Shown: positions 1 to 10,036, counted from the stretch's first letter. The stretch is DNA of 64,000 bases from a virus (IMGVR_UViG_3300029928_000001:32001-96000), one strand, 5' to 3'. Numbers and translations are program-made. The notes: generated from the letters alone by a model not told the origin.

Positions 1-161
1 AACCAGTAGCAAACTTAGAATTAATTCAAGAGTATGATGCGCTTTGGGAAAGTGGTAAAAGAATTGAGCTGCGCTGGGTGCGCGGACACAACGGGAACAA
101 ATATAATGAAATAGCTGATAAGCTTGCTACAGGGAAGTTAACTATTGAGGAAGTTATTTGA
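1..161 (+). CDS. rnhA: Ribonuclease HI, C-terminal part (truncated by window edge)
   Basis: Frame from nt 3 reads ...IELRWVRGHNGNKYNEIADKLA...; the WVxGHxG..NE.AD.LA motif is typical of RNase HI; TGA at 159-161. Confidence 0.8.
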   Translation, partial: PVANLELIQEYDALWESGKRIELRWVRGHNGNKYNEIADKLATGKLTIEEVI

Positions 162-185
162 AAAAAATAAAAAATATTATATAAT
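158..185 (+). promoter_or_regulatory. sigmaA-type promoter
   Basis: TTGAAA-N16-TATAAT upstream of the 244 gene. Confidence 0.55.
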
Positions 186-243
186 ATATTATAAAGAAAA
201 ATAAAAGAAAGGAAATCTTGAAAAAGATTTAGGTGAAAAACAT

Positions 244-1752
244 ATGAACACTCTTTTACAGGGATTAAAAGCAAATACTAACTTCGGTTATACAGAGAAT
301 GGGGCAGTAACGCATATTACTACAATGTCAGACCTCTATGATATGTTTGCGCTGGGCGGTGCTTACAGAACTCGCTCTGATGAAGACTGTATTGTTTTGT
401 TTAAGAAAGCGTATAAGGAGAATCCTACATATGCGCTTAAGTGTCTGTTTTATCTGCGCGACGTTCGCGGCGGACAAGGCGAGAGGCGGTTCTTCCGAGT
501 ATGCTTAAAGTGGCTTGCCAATTATGATACAGAAGCGGCGGTTAGGAACATCTCTAATGTCCCGACGTTTGGCAGATACGATGATTTGTATTGCTTAGTT
601 GGCACTAAGGCAGAAAAAGTAGCTTTTGATTTTATTAAAAAACAGTTAATGCTTGATATGGAATGCAAGACTCCATCTCTTTTAGCTAAGTGGTTAAAGA
701 GTGAGAACACTTCTTCACTGGAAAGCGTTAAATTGGCTAAAATTACTCGTCAATATCTTGGTATGACTTCCAAACAGTATAGAAAGACTTTATCTGTTTT
801 GCGTGCAAAAATTAACGTCCTTGAAAGACTTATGTCAGCAGGTAAATGGGCAGATATCGAGTTTGATAAGATTCCTTCCAAAGCAGGTCTTATTTACAAA
901 AACGCATTCGCTAGACATGACGTAGAACGAATGAAGGTAAATCCGCAAGTTGTTTCTTATGAAGCATTTGCTAAGGATGAAAATACAACTGTCAATGCTA
1001 AAGCTCTGTATCCATATGAAGTAGTTCAAAAAGCTATTGATGCTATGGGCGGATTTAGTTATTGGGGTCGTTCAAAGGATGTAGCATTAGATGATACAAA
1101 TCGTTTAATGGTAAATAAATACTGGGCTAATTTAAAGGATTACTTCGATGGAGCTACTTTAAATGCACTTCCAGTTATTGATACTTCCGGTTCAATGTGG
1201 GGACTTCCAATCCATGTAGCTATTTCTCTTGGCTTGTATTGCGCAGAACGTAATAGAGGACCATTCGCAGACCATTATATTTCTTTCAGCTCTCGTCCGC
1301 AGTTGATTAGAACTGAAGGAGTAGATTTCTGTGATAAGGTTAAGAGAATTTATGAAACAAATTTATGTGAAAACACAAATATTGAAGCTACATTTGATTT
1401 AATCTTAAATACAGCTATTGAAAATAATTTATCTTCTGATGAATTACCAGAAAATATTATTGTCATCTCTGACATGGAATTTGACGCCGCTCGTGGATGG
1501 GAGTCTAATCCAGCAGAAACATTAATGGAAGGTATTGAAAAGAAGTGGAATAGAGCTGGGTATAAGATGCCTAAGCTTGTGTTTTGGAATTGCGCGGCGC
1601 GCAACGATAGAATTCCAATGAGAGATCAATATGGAATTACATTTGTTTCTGGTGCTTCTCCTGTAATCTATGAAATGATTATGAGTGGAAAAACGGCTCA
1701 GGATTTGATGTTTGATAAATTAGATTCAGATAGATATGCTGTAATTCAGTAA
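244..1752 (+). CDS. DUF2828 / TROVE(Ro60)-like protein with C-terminal vWA domain
   Basis: N-terminal TENGA and LFYLRDVRGGQGER motifs; vWA MIDAS DTSGSM and ISDMEFD. Confidence 0.75.
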   Translation: MNTLLQGLKANTNFGYTENGAVTHITTMSDLYDMFALGGAYRTRSDEDCIVLFKKAYKENPTYALKCLFYLRDVRGGQGERRFFRVCLKWLANYDTEAAVRNISNVPTFGRYDDLYCLVGTKAEKVAFDFIKKQLMLDMECKTPSLLAKWLKSENTSSLESVKLAKITRQYLGMTSKQYRKTLSVLRAKINVLERLMSAGKWADIEFDKIPSKAGLIYKNAFARHDVERMKVNPQVVSYEAFAKDENTTVNAKALYPYEVVQKAIDAMGGFSYWGRSKDVALDDTNRLMVNKYWANLKDYFDGATLNALPVIDTSGSMWGLPIHVAISLGLYCAERNRGPFADHYISFSSRPQLIRTEGVDFCDKVKRIYETNLCENTNIEATFDLILNTAIENNLSSDELPENIIVISDMEFDAARGWESNPAETLMEGIEKKWNRAGYKMPKLVFWNCAARNDRIPMRDQYGITFVSGASPVIYEMIMSGKTAQDLMFDKLDSDRYAVIQ

Positions 1753-1768
1753 AAAATGTACATAAAAT

Positions 1769-1800
1769 AGGGGAGATAAAATCATCTCCCCTTGTTTTTT
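1769..1800 (+). terminator. Rho-independent terminator
   Basis: AGGGGAGAT-aaaatc-ATCTCCCCT hairpin followed by a T tract. Confidence 0.75.
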
Positions 1801-1820
1801 TATAAAAAATATGATATAAT
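1792..1820 (+). promoter_or_regulatory. sigmaA extended -10 promoter for the rSAM operon
   Basis: TTGTTT-N17-TATAAT with TG extension. Confidence 0.65.
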
Positions 1821-1858
1821 ATTTATATAAGAAAATTTTTATGATAAAGGTGATATAG

Positions 1859-3115
1859 ATGAATTATAATAAAAATTTATTACCAATTACTGATGTATGT
1901 TTAAATATAACAGAAGAATGTAATCTTGCTTGTGTATATTGTTTTACCGAGCATCATCCACATTATATGACTTTAGATGTAGCAAAAGATGCTGCTAAAT
2001 GGTTACATGAAAATGCAATTTTATCTTCAAAAATTCAAAATAAAGAAGTAATTCCCAATATTGGATTTTTTGGAGGAGAACCTACGTTAATGTGGGACTC
2101 TATTATTGTTCCATTAGTTAAATGGATCAAAGAAGAAAAAAAATGGAAATTTACATTTGGTATTACATCAAATTGTGTTTTATTAGATAAAGAAAAAGTA
2201 GATTTCTTAGTGCAAGAACAAATTGGACTTTTAATTTCTATGGATGGTAATGAAAAAAGTCAAAATATAAATCGTCCTTGTAAAAATTCTTGTTTAAATA
2301 GTTTTGATTTAGTTTCTAAAAATTTACCTTATATAGCAAAAAATTTTCCTTCTTCAACTTATAGAAGTACTATTAGTAAGCAAAGTGCTCCTTATGTATT
2401 TGACAACTTAATGTATGCAGGAAAAATGGGATTTGAAAATGTTTTTTCAATTATTAATGATTTTGAAGAATGGGATGAAGAATCAAGAAAAATTGTTGAA
2501 CAAGAATTTGATAAATATTGTTTATATATAATTGATGCTTGTATTAAAGAACAAAATTTTGTTAAATTAAGACCTTTTGAACTTGCTATTAATAAAATTG
2601 TAGCAGTCAATACTTTTTTATTATTTAACGAAGAAAGTGATATTGAAGAATTTGGTCCTCAAGATGAACATCGTTGTGGTATGGGCAGCGGATATGGTTC
2701 TATTAATTATAAAGGAGAAGTTTATTCATGTCAAGAAGTTGCAAGTCGCCAAGGAGAAAAAGATATTTTTTATATTGGTAATATTTATGATGGCATTAAC
2801 TTTGACCGTATTGAAAAATTAAGAAAATCTTTTTTAGAAAGAAAAACACGTTTTTATAATTATACCAATTCTAAAAAGTGTAAAAATTGTTTATCTAAAG
2901 CAACTTGTAATGCGAATTTATGTCTTGTAAATAATTATATTATGTACAAAGATTTTAGTGCAAATACTGATGCTTGGTGCTGGTGGAATAATATGCTTTT
3001 AGAAAAAGCAATGAATGTCTTATATATTTTAGGTACAAATAAAAATGAGTTTTTTAAGCAATATTTAATTAATGAAATGCATCAGCAAGGAGGATTATTC
3101 CATGCAAATGAATAA
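1859..3115 (+). CDS. Radical SAM / SPASM-domain peptide or protein maturase
   Basis: CNLACVYC (CxxxCxxC), FFGGEP, ISMDG; SPASM-like Cys set CGMG..GEVYSC..CKNC...C...C. Confidence 0.9.
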   Translation: MNYNKNLLPITDVCLNITEECNLACVYCFTEHHPHYMTLDVAKDAAKWLHENAILSSKIQNKEVIPNIGFFGGEPTLMWDSIIVPLVKWIKEEKKWKFTFGITSNCVLLDKEKVDFLVQEQIGLLISMDGNEKSQNINRPCKNSCLNSFDLVSKNLPYIAKNFPSSTYRSTISKQSAPYVFDNLMYAGKMGFENVFSIINDFEEWDEESRKIVEQEFDKYCLYIIDACIKEQNFVKLRPFELAINKIVAVNTFLLFNEESDIEEFGPQDEHRCGMGSGYGSINYKGEVYSCQEVASRQGEKDIFYIGNIYDGINFDRIEKLRKSFLERKTRFYNYTNSKKCKNCLSKATCNANLCLVNNYIMYKDFSANTDAWCWWNNMLLEKAMNVLYILGTNKNEFFKQYLINEMHQQGGLFHANE

Positions 3116-3932
3116 TTTTTTCCCAATATCTAATTATTATGCTCAAACTTTAGGAGAAACTCTGAAGCAAAAAGAACAACAATTTCCTTATGTAAATAAT
3201 AATGAAGGAATTGCTGTTACAGCTACTTGTTCGGGAACAAATTGTACTGGTGGATGTAAGGGGACTTGCAAAGGAACTTGTGCTGGTGGATGTAAGGGGA
3301 CTTGCAAAGGTACATGTTCAGGGACATGCTCTGGTACATGTACTGGAACATGCAGTAGCACATGTTCAGGTAATTGCGCAAAAACATGTACAGGTGGGTG
3401 TGAAACTTATTGTCAAAAATGCCAAGCTTATTGCCAATATGAACAAACTTTTTCAAAAAATAATGGTGCAAATAAACCGACTGGGGCAGGAAAAGTATTT
3501 ACCTGGGATTCTACTGTTGGAGAAGATAAAACTATCTTAATTAGTGCCACTGATTGGAATAAATTAGCAGGATATGTTGAAAATGCTGCAAGCGTATGTG
3601 TAGGAGGTAGTTCTGGCTCTATCACTAGAGCAAAAAAAGATGAGGCTATCTCTGCTGCAATATTTAATTCTATGAGTTCAAAATTAACGGCAATTACTTC
3701 GCGTATTGTCAAAGATAAAGAAAAAACCGCAAATCAAAGTGTTATTTACGCTTCAGACTTTGCAGCATTAAAAAATGGATATAATAATGCACAAATTAAA
3801 AGTACTTTACCAAGTGGAAAATATCCGACCTCTGGCGGAAAAAACTCTTGTTGTCAGTTAGGACAAGCTTGTATGACACAGGCGCAAGGCCGCCCTAGTC
3901 TGCAACCATGTACTCAATCTCCAGGTAAATAA
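3102..3932 (+). CDS. Cys-rich CxxxC-repeat protein, probable substrate of the adjacent rSAM enzyme
   Basis: AGGAGG at 3088-3093 before ATG 3102; overlaps the rSAM stop; 18 Cys mostly every fourth residue (CKGT/CSGT/CTGG), then a ~160-aa C-terminal domain. Confidence 0.75.
   Translation: MQMNNFFPISNYYAQTLGETLKQKEQQFPYVNNNEGIAVTATCSGTNCTGGCKGTCKGTCAGGCKGTCKGTCSGTCSGTCTGTCSSTCSGNCAKTCTGGCETYCQKCQAYCQYEQTFSKNNGANKPTGAGKVFTWDSTVGEDKTILISATDWNKLAGYVENAASVCVGGSSGSITRAKKDEAISAAIFNSMSSKLTAITSRIVKDKEKTANQSVIYASDFAALKNGYNNAQIKSTLPSGKYPTSGGKNSCCQLGQACMTQAQGRPSLQPCTQSPGK
3243..3314 (+). repeat. 36-bp tandem duplication inside the CxxxC tract
   Basis: tgt(a/g)ctggtggatgtaaggggacttgcaaagg... occurs at 3243 and 3279. 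Confidence 0.85.
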
Positions 3933-3933
3933 T

Positions 3934-3962
3934 TTGAAAAAATATAAAAAATATGTTATAAT
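3934..3962 (+). promoter_or_regulatory. sigmaA extended -10 promoter
   Basis: TTGAAA-N17-TATAAT with TG. Confidence 0.65.
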
Positions 3963-3997
3963 AAATTATAATAAAAAATAAGAAAAGGAAATAATGT

Positions 3998-4684
3998 ATG
4001 AATAAAGATTTAGAAAAATTAACCAAATTATTAGAAGATACTTTATCGTCCTTAAAAAAAGATGAAAAAGATACAACAATTACTAAATTATTAAATGACG
4101 TAATAGATAGTTCTGGTTGGAAAAAAGGTTTTGATTCTATTATTGAAATGAAAAGTAATATTGACCGAGAACTTTTTGTTGGAGATATTGATGATGTAAC
4201 TGGTGATTCAATTAATAGTTATATTCAACTCTTTAATAAACAAGATGAAGAAGATCATATTCCAGTAGAAGAAAGAAAACCTATTAAATTATATATTGAT
4301 TCTCGTGGCGGTGATTTATATGCAACAATGACTATGATTGATGCTATTAAATTATCAAAAACTCCAGTATGGACTATTAATATTGGTTGTGCTTATTCTG
4401 GCGGTTTCTTTACCTTTATTGTAGGACATAAAAGAATTTCTTATCCTAATGCTTCTTTCCTTTTCCACGAAGGAGCTGCGGCAAATCAAGGTGATGCAGG
4501 CAAGTTTAGAAATTTTGCCGATTTTTATAGTCGTCAATTAACAAAATTAAAAGAAATTACTTTGGAACATACTAAGTTTGATGAAGCATGGTATAAAGAA
4601 CACATTAATGATGATGTTTGGCTTATGGCTGAAGATGCTTTAGAAAATGGCGTATGTGATGAAATTACTGATAAATTAGTATGA
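3998..4684 (+). CDS. clpP: ClpP-family protease subunit
   Basis: LYIDSRGG, AYSGG (catalytic Ser), FLFHE (His), WLMAEDALENGVCD. Confidence 0.85.
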   Translation: MNKDLEKLTKLLEDTLSSLKKDEKDTTITKLLNDVIDSSGWKKGFDSIIEMKSNIDRELFVGDIDDVTGDSINSYIQLFNKQDEEDHIPVEERKPIKLYIDSRGGDLYATMTMIDAIKLSKTPVWTINIGCAYSGGFFTFIVGHKRISYPNASFLFHEGAAANQGDAGKFRNFADFYSRQLTKLKEITLEHTKFDEAWYKEHINDDVWLMAEDALENGVCDEITDKLV

Positions 4685-6618
4685 ATAACGAAATAAGAAC
4701 TTTAATAAATAAATTAAATGCTTACACTGAATTATATGATAATGGCACTCCTACAATTTCTGATAAAGAATGGGATGATTTATATTTTCAGTTAGAGCAA
4801 ATGGAAAAAGAGTCTGGAATTATTTATCCAGACTCTCCAACGCAAAAAGTTTTATATAGTGTAGTTAATGAATTACAAAAAGTAGAACATAATCATTTAA
4901 TGTTATCTTTAGAAAAAACTAAAGATATTGCCGAAGTAGGTAATTTTGTTAAAGGTAAAGAGTTTTTAGCCATGAGCAAAATGGATGGCTTAACTTGTAG
5001 TTTATTATATCAAGATGGTAAATTGGTAAGAGCTGAAACAAGAGGTGATGGAATAATTGGAGAAGATATTACCCATAATGCTAAAGTAATTGCTAATATA
5101 CCAACAGAAATAAACTATAAAGAAGAGTTAGTTATTGATGGCGAAGTTATTTGTGATTTATTAACTTTTAATAATTTATTTGCGGAAACCTATAAAAATG
5201 CAAGAAATTTTGCGGCGGGTAGCATTAGGCTGCTCGATTCTGGCGAAAGTAAAAATAGACATTTATCTTTTGTAGCTTGGGAAGTTATTGAAGGATTTGA
5301 AGATATAAATACAGTAAGTGGTAAACTTGATAAAGCAACTGATTTAGGTTTTACTACCGTGCCAAGAATAGTATCAACAGCTTTTGATGATACTGTTTTT
5401 ATTACAGGAATTACCACTGCTTCTAAATCTCATTTTTATCCTATTGACGGTATTGTTTTTAAGTTTAATGATATTGAATATGGTAAAAGTTTGGGACGCA
5501 CTGAACATCATTGGTCAAATGCTATCGCGTTTAAATTTTACGATGAAGTTTATAGAACTGCACTAAGAGATATTGAATGGAGCATGGGTAGAACAGGTGT
5601 TCTTACTCCAATAGCAATATTTGATGAAGTAAATATGGATGGTTCTAGGGTAAGTCGCGCAAGTCTTCATAATGTAAGTGTAATGCGTGATACTTTAGGA
5701 ACACCTTGGGTTGGTCATTTAGTAGATGTTTGTAAAATGAATATGATCATACCTCAAATCCAAAAGAATGAAGAATTAAATGCCGAAGTGCTCGGTCCTG
5801 AAATTCCTTTACCAACTATTTGCCCGGTTTGTGGTGGTGAAGTAAAATTAGAGGAAACTGATAATTCTTTAGTATTAAAATGTATGAACCCTGCTTGTCA
5901 AGGTAAATTAATTAATCGTCTCGACCATTTTTCGGGGAAAAAAGGTTTAGATATAAATGGTTTATCTAAAGCTACTTTAGAAAAACTAATTGATTGGGGT
6001 TGGCTTAATTCATTAATTGATATTTTTAGTTTAAAAAATTATCGTAATGAATGGATTAAAAAAGCAGGTTTCGGTGTTGCTTCAGTAGATAAAATACTTG
6101 CGGCAATTGAAGCAAGTAAAGACACTACTTTAGATAAATTTATCTCTTCTCTTGGTATTCCATTAATTGGTTCTCGTGTTGCTAAAGATATTATGAAACA
6201 TATTAATAGATATGATGAATTAAGAGATTTAGTTATAAATAATTTTGATTTTGCGCAATGGGATGGTTTTGGTGAAAGTAAATCTGATAATTTATTAAAA
6301 TTTGATTATACTGAAGCTGATGAAATTTATAAGTTATTAAATATTGCGAAAACTCGGTCAGAGATCGCAGAATCGGCGCTTGCGCAAGATTTAACTGTAT
6401 GTATTACAGGTAGTTTGAAAGAATATAAGAATAGAACTGAATTACAATCTGCTATTGAATCTATTGGCGGTAGGGTAGTAAGTTCTATTAGTAAAAAAGT
6501 TAATTATTTAATTAATAACGATGTTAATTCAACTTCGAGCAAAAATCAGCAAGCTAAAAAGTTGAATATACCAATTATAAGTGAAAAAGATTTTAAAGAA
6601 AAATTTCTTGACTTATAA
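4681..6618 (+). CDS. ligA: NAD-dependent DNA ligase
   Basis: MLSLEK, KMDG adenylation motif, TRGDG, Zn finger CPVCG, C-terminal BRCT. Confidence 0.95.
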   Translation: MNNEIRTLINKLNAYTELYDNGTPTISDKEWDDLYFQLEQMEKESGIIYPDSPTQKVLYSVVNELQKVEHNHLMLSLEKTKDIAEVGNFVKGKEFLAMSKMDGLTCSLLYQDGKLVRAETRGDGIIGEDITHNAKVIANIPTEINYKEELVIDGEVICDLLTFNNLFAETYKNARNFAAGSIRLLDSGESKNRHLSFVAWEVIEGFEDINTVSGKLDKATDLGFTTVPRIVSTAFDDTVFITGITTASKSHFYPIDGIVFKFNDIEYGKSLGRTEHHWSNAIAFKFYDEVYRTALRDIEWSMGRTGVLTPIAIFDEVNMDGSRVSRASLHNVSVMRDTLGTPWVGHLVDVCKMNMIIPQIQKNEELNAEVLGPEIPLPTICPVCGGEVKLEETDNSLVLKCMNPACQGKLINRLDHFSGKKGLDINGLSKATLEKLIDWGWLNSLIDIFSLKNYRNEWIKKAGFGVASVDKILAAIEASKDTTLDKFISSLGIPLIGSRVAKDIMKHINRYDELRDLVINNFDFAQWDGFGESKSDNLLKFDYTEADEIYKLLNIAKTRSEIAESALAQDLTVCITGSLKEYKNRTELQSAIESIGGRVVSSISKKVNYLINNDVNSTSSKNQQAKKLNIPIISEKDFKEKFLDL

Positions 6619-6636
6619 AAAAAATTATTATATAAT
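6608..6636 (+). promoter_or_regulatory. sigmaA promoter
   Basis: TTGACT-N17-TATAAT. Confidence 0.7.
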
Positions 6637-6659
6637 AGTTATATAATAAAGGAGAAATT

Positions 6660-6812
6660 ATGGATAGAAAAGAAATAAGAGCAATCGCTCGTTAGATAGC
6701 GAAAGCAGAAAAGAAAAAAGATTATAGAAAAATTGAAGAGTTAACTTCACAAATAAAATCATTGGAAGATATGATGCGTATAGATAATGAAGTTCAAAAA
6801 ATTATTTCTTGA
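6660..6812 (+). CDS. Small hypothetical protein (needs TAG=Gln at codon 12)
   Basis: AAGGAG RBS; MDRKEIRAIAR(TAG)IAKAEKKKDY...IIS then TGA; follows its own promoter. Confidence 0.65.
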
Positions 6813-6837
6813 CTTTCTAAAATTTTTCTGATATAAT
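6809..6837 (+). promoter_or_regulatory. sigmaA extended -10 promoter
   Basis: TTGACT-N17-TATAAT with TG. Confidence 0.7.
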
Positions 6838-6886
6838 ATATATACAAAATAAAAAATATTTAAAATTTGAAAGGAAACAAAAAATT

Positions 6887-7150
6887 ATGGCAATGTCAAG
6901 CAATAGCATTAAGGTTTTAGATTATTTAAAGAAGGTTAATGGAACACAGGTTACAGCTGCTGATGTAGCAGAAGCTCTCGGCCTTGAAAAGAAGAGCGTA
7001 GATGGTATTTTTACTTCTGCTATTCAGAGAAAGGGTCTTGGCGTAAGAACGCCGGCTGAAATTGAGCTCGAAGATGGGACTCACCGTCAAGTAAAATTTT
7101 TGTCTTTAACGGCAGAAGGTATGAGTTTCTCACCTGAAGATGCTGAATAA
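6887..7150 (+). CDS. Small winged-helix DNA-binding protein
   Basis: VTAADVAEALGLEKKSVDG helix-turn-helix pattern followed by a wing ending LTAEG. Confidence 0.6.
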   Translation: MAMSSNSIKVLDYLKKVNGTQVTAADVAEALGLEKKSVDGIFTSAIQRKGLGVRTPAEIELEDGTHRQVKFLSLTAEGMSFSPEDAE

Positions 7151-7255
7151 TTCGTTGGGCAAAACGAGTTAAGTTCTTAATAATAAATTTTATAAAGTAT
7201 TGAGAGGAGAAGATAACTCTTCTCAATACTTTTTTATTAAGAAAGGAATTTAACT

Positions 7256-8101
7256 ATGTTAAGCATAAAAGAAATTGAAAATATTTTAAATTGTTCTTTG
7301 TCTGAAGAAAAAAGACAAGAAATTTTAAAATTAGATGATTATTCGGATTCAATTAAACGAGCGAATTTAATTGGTCAACAATTTAATAGATTATTAGTAA
7401 TTGGAAAGGGACCTCAATATATTAGTCCAGGCGGGGCTAAACAAGTTCAATGGTGGTGCATTTGTAATTGTTCTAAACACAATATTATTTTAGCTAGAAC
7501 AAGTAATTTAAAAAGTAAAAATACAAAATCATGTGGTTGTTTAAATTTAGAGAAATCAAGAGAACGTATTATTGAATTAGGACATAAAGCTGCTATTAAT
7601 ATTACTAATCAACGTTTTGGTAAGCTCGTTGCTATTGAAAAAACTGAAAAACGCCATCAAGGTTCAATTGTATGGAAATGTCAATGCGATTGTGGAAATA
7701 TTTGTGAAGCACCAACTAATGCTTTAAGAGCTGGACGTAAATATTCATGTGGTTGTTTAACAGAATCAAAAGCTTCATTTAATATTAAACAATTTTTAAC
7801 TCAAAATAATATTGAGTATATTACAGAAAAAACTTTTGAAACTTGTAAATTTCCAGATACAAATAATTCTGCGCGTTTTGATTTTTATCTTCCTAAATAT
7901 AATTTACTAATTGAATATGATGGAGAACAGCATTTTCAAGAAAGAGATAGAAATTATTTCAAAGATTCTTTAGAAAAACGTCAAAAGCATGATATTTTTA
8001 AAACACAATGGTGTCAAAATAATCAAATAAAACTTTTAAGAATTTCTTATAAAGAGCAAGAAAATATTGAAGAAATTTTAAAGAAAGAATTAAAAATATA
8101 A
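7256..8101 (+). CDS. Free-standing putative homing endonuclease (Zn-binding repeats + Vsr/PD-(D/E)xK-like domain)
   Basis: Two W.C.C.CG...SCGC repeats; C-terminal RFDFYLPKYNLLIEYDGEQH. Confidence 0.7.
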   Translation: MLSIKEIENILNCSLSEEKRQEILKLDDYSDSIKRANLIGQQFNRLLVIGKGPQYISPGGAKQVQWWCICNCSKHNIILARTSNLKSKNTKSCGCLNLEKSRERIIELGHKAAINITNQRFGKLVAIEKTEKRHQGSIVWKCQCDCGNICEAPTNALRAGRKYSCGCLTESKASFNIKQFLTQNNIEYITEKTFETCKFPDTNNSARFDFYLPKYNLLIEYDGEQHFQERDRNYFKDSLEKRQKHDIFKTQWCQNNQIKLLRISYKEQENIEEILKKELKI

Positions 8102-9087
8102 TGGAACAAATATTACTAAGTATAATTATTGGTTTTATTGGTGGAGTTGTATTTTACTTTTTTGTTACTCGACCTAAATTAAAAAAAGTTAAAAAATATA
8201 ACTCTGAGATAGAAGAGAAAAATAAAGAATTAGAACAATAGTCTAAAAATCTATAGATAAAAGTTATTCAAGAAACAGAATAGTATAATTCACTTGTTTC
8301 TAAGCAAGAGACTTTAAAAAATTCAATTACGACCCTCGAAGAACAAGCTCAATCCGCAAGTGATATTTTTTATAAAGAAAAAATGAAATTAGCGGAAACT
8401 AATTTTGCCAATAATACAGAAAAGCTTGCGCAAGAATACAATGAATTAAAAGAAAACTGTGAAAATGAATATCTTTCTCTTTTGGAAGAAGAAGCTAAAC
8501 GTTTTAATACATTGCTTACAACCAATAGAGAAGAATTAAAACAATTGGAAGAACAATTAGCCGCACAAAAGCGTGCTGTTCAAGCTGCTATTGAAGAAGC
8601 TAAAAGACAACAAGAAATAGAAGAGCAAGAAGAATTTTATAAAATTAAACTATCAGAACAAGATAAAGAAGAAATTGCGCGATTGCGTACAGTTATCCCT
8701 TATCTTCGTTCGGCGGAACCAATTAATAAGGTTATTTGGAGTGTTTATTATATGAAACCTTTAAATGATTTAATTGGTCGATTGATTGGTAAAGAAACTA
8801 AATGCGGAATTTATAAAATTACTAATATAAAAAATAAAAAAGTTTATATTGGGCAAAGTGTTAATATCTCAGAACGTTTTAAACAACATGTGAAGCGAGG
8901 AGTGGGCGCAGAAGCGCCAACACGCAATAAACTTTATCCAGAAATGAATGAATTCGGTCCGGAGGGGTTCACATTTGAATTTTTGGAAGAGTGCTCGAAA
9001 GAACAATTAAATGATAGAGAAAAGTATTGGATTGAATATTTTGATTCATATACTTATGGTTATAATAGCACGACAGGAGGTTCTTAA
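8101..9087 (+). CDS. N-terminal TM helix + coiled coil + GIY-YIG nuclease domain protein (3 in-frame TAG)
   Basis: ATG 8101 is in frame with the 8383 ORF, separated only by TAGs; hydrophobic N-terminus ILLSIIIGFIGGVVFYFFV; GIYKITN..KVYIGQS. Confidence 0.75.
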
Positions 9088-9794
9088 TGATTTAGTTTGA
9101 ACATACAGAAGTTTATGGATGGGAAGCTGCCATAAGGGGTATGCGCAACCCTAAAAACAGTTGGGATAAAAGTGATAGTTATGCTGCTGTTGATTGTGAG
9201 AGTTGCGGATTAATTGAAGAAAAAGGAATTTGTAAAAAAGAAGATAGAATTGGTAGATGTCGTGAATTTGAATGTTATAAAATTGGTCCAAATGATTTAA
9301 AATTGATGAAAACATTGCGTCAAGCGGGAACTGATCATCGTAAATATCTTAGAATGATTACTGTCTCTGTTGATATAACAGCTCCTCTCTATTGGTGGAA
9401 AGAAGCAGACACCTATAAGGTGAACACAGTTGCCAACTCCTGTAGCACAATGCATAAGCTTATGGCAAAACCATTTGAAGCTAGTGATTTTAGTTGCGAA
9501 CATCTTACTGCTTATAGTATGAAACATCTTGATGATTTAATTATTTATTTAAATTTAATGAGAGATACTTATTTAACTTTAATAAACAATAATCCAGAAG
9601 CAGCCAAAGAAGTATGGTGGCAAGTAATTCAACTATTGCCGACTTCATATAATCAAAAGCGCACATTTTTATTAAATTATGAAGTTTTAAATAATATGTG
9701 CCATTCGCGAAAAAATCATAAGTTAGATGAATGGTCTATTGGTTTTATGGACTGGGTAAAAACTTTACCATATGCGGAGGAATTAATATTATGA
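9087..9794 (+). CDS. Conserved phage protein, possibly ThyX-like (TAG at codon 3)
   Basis: AGGAGG then MI(TAG)FEHTEVYGWEAAIRGMRNP; DITAPLYWWKEADTYK, NSCSTMH and RKNHKL motifs; ThyX-like fold is recalled, not verified. Confidence 0.5.
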
Positions 9795-10036
9795 AACCTG
9801 AAGTAATTATATTAAAAGAAGAAAAAGATAAAAAAGTAATTATTGAAGATGTGGATGAACTTTTAAAAATATTTAATAAATTTTATGCAGCTGGATATCA
9901 GGATGGAAGAGAAAGTAATATAACTATTACGACGCCTTCATCTCAGTCTGGACAGTCTTATGGCAGTGGCATTGCAGTTCCAGATTGGTCACAAAAAATT
10001 ATTTATACCACTGCTAGCAATGATAGTAAAAATTGA
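9791..10036 (+). CDS. Hypothetical protein
   Basis: GGAGG RBS, ATG overlaps the upstream stop. Confidence 0.6.
   Translation: MKPEVIILKEEKDKKVIIEDVDELLKIFNKFYAAGYQDGRESNITITTPSSQSGQSYGSGIAVPDWSQKIIYTTASNDSKN

Noticed and set aside
3228-3434. Tandem repeats as a CRISPR array
   Set aside because: 12/36-bp coding periodicity with no unique spacers and no cas genes
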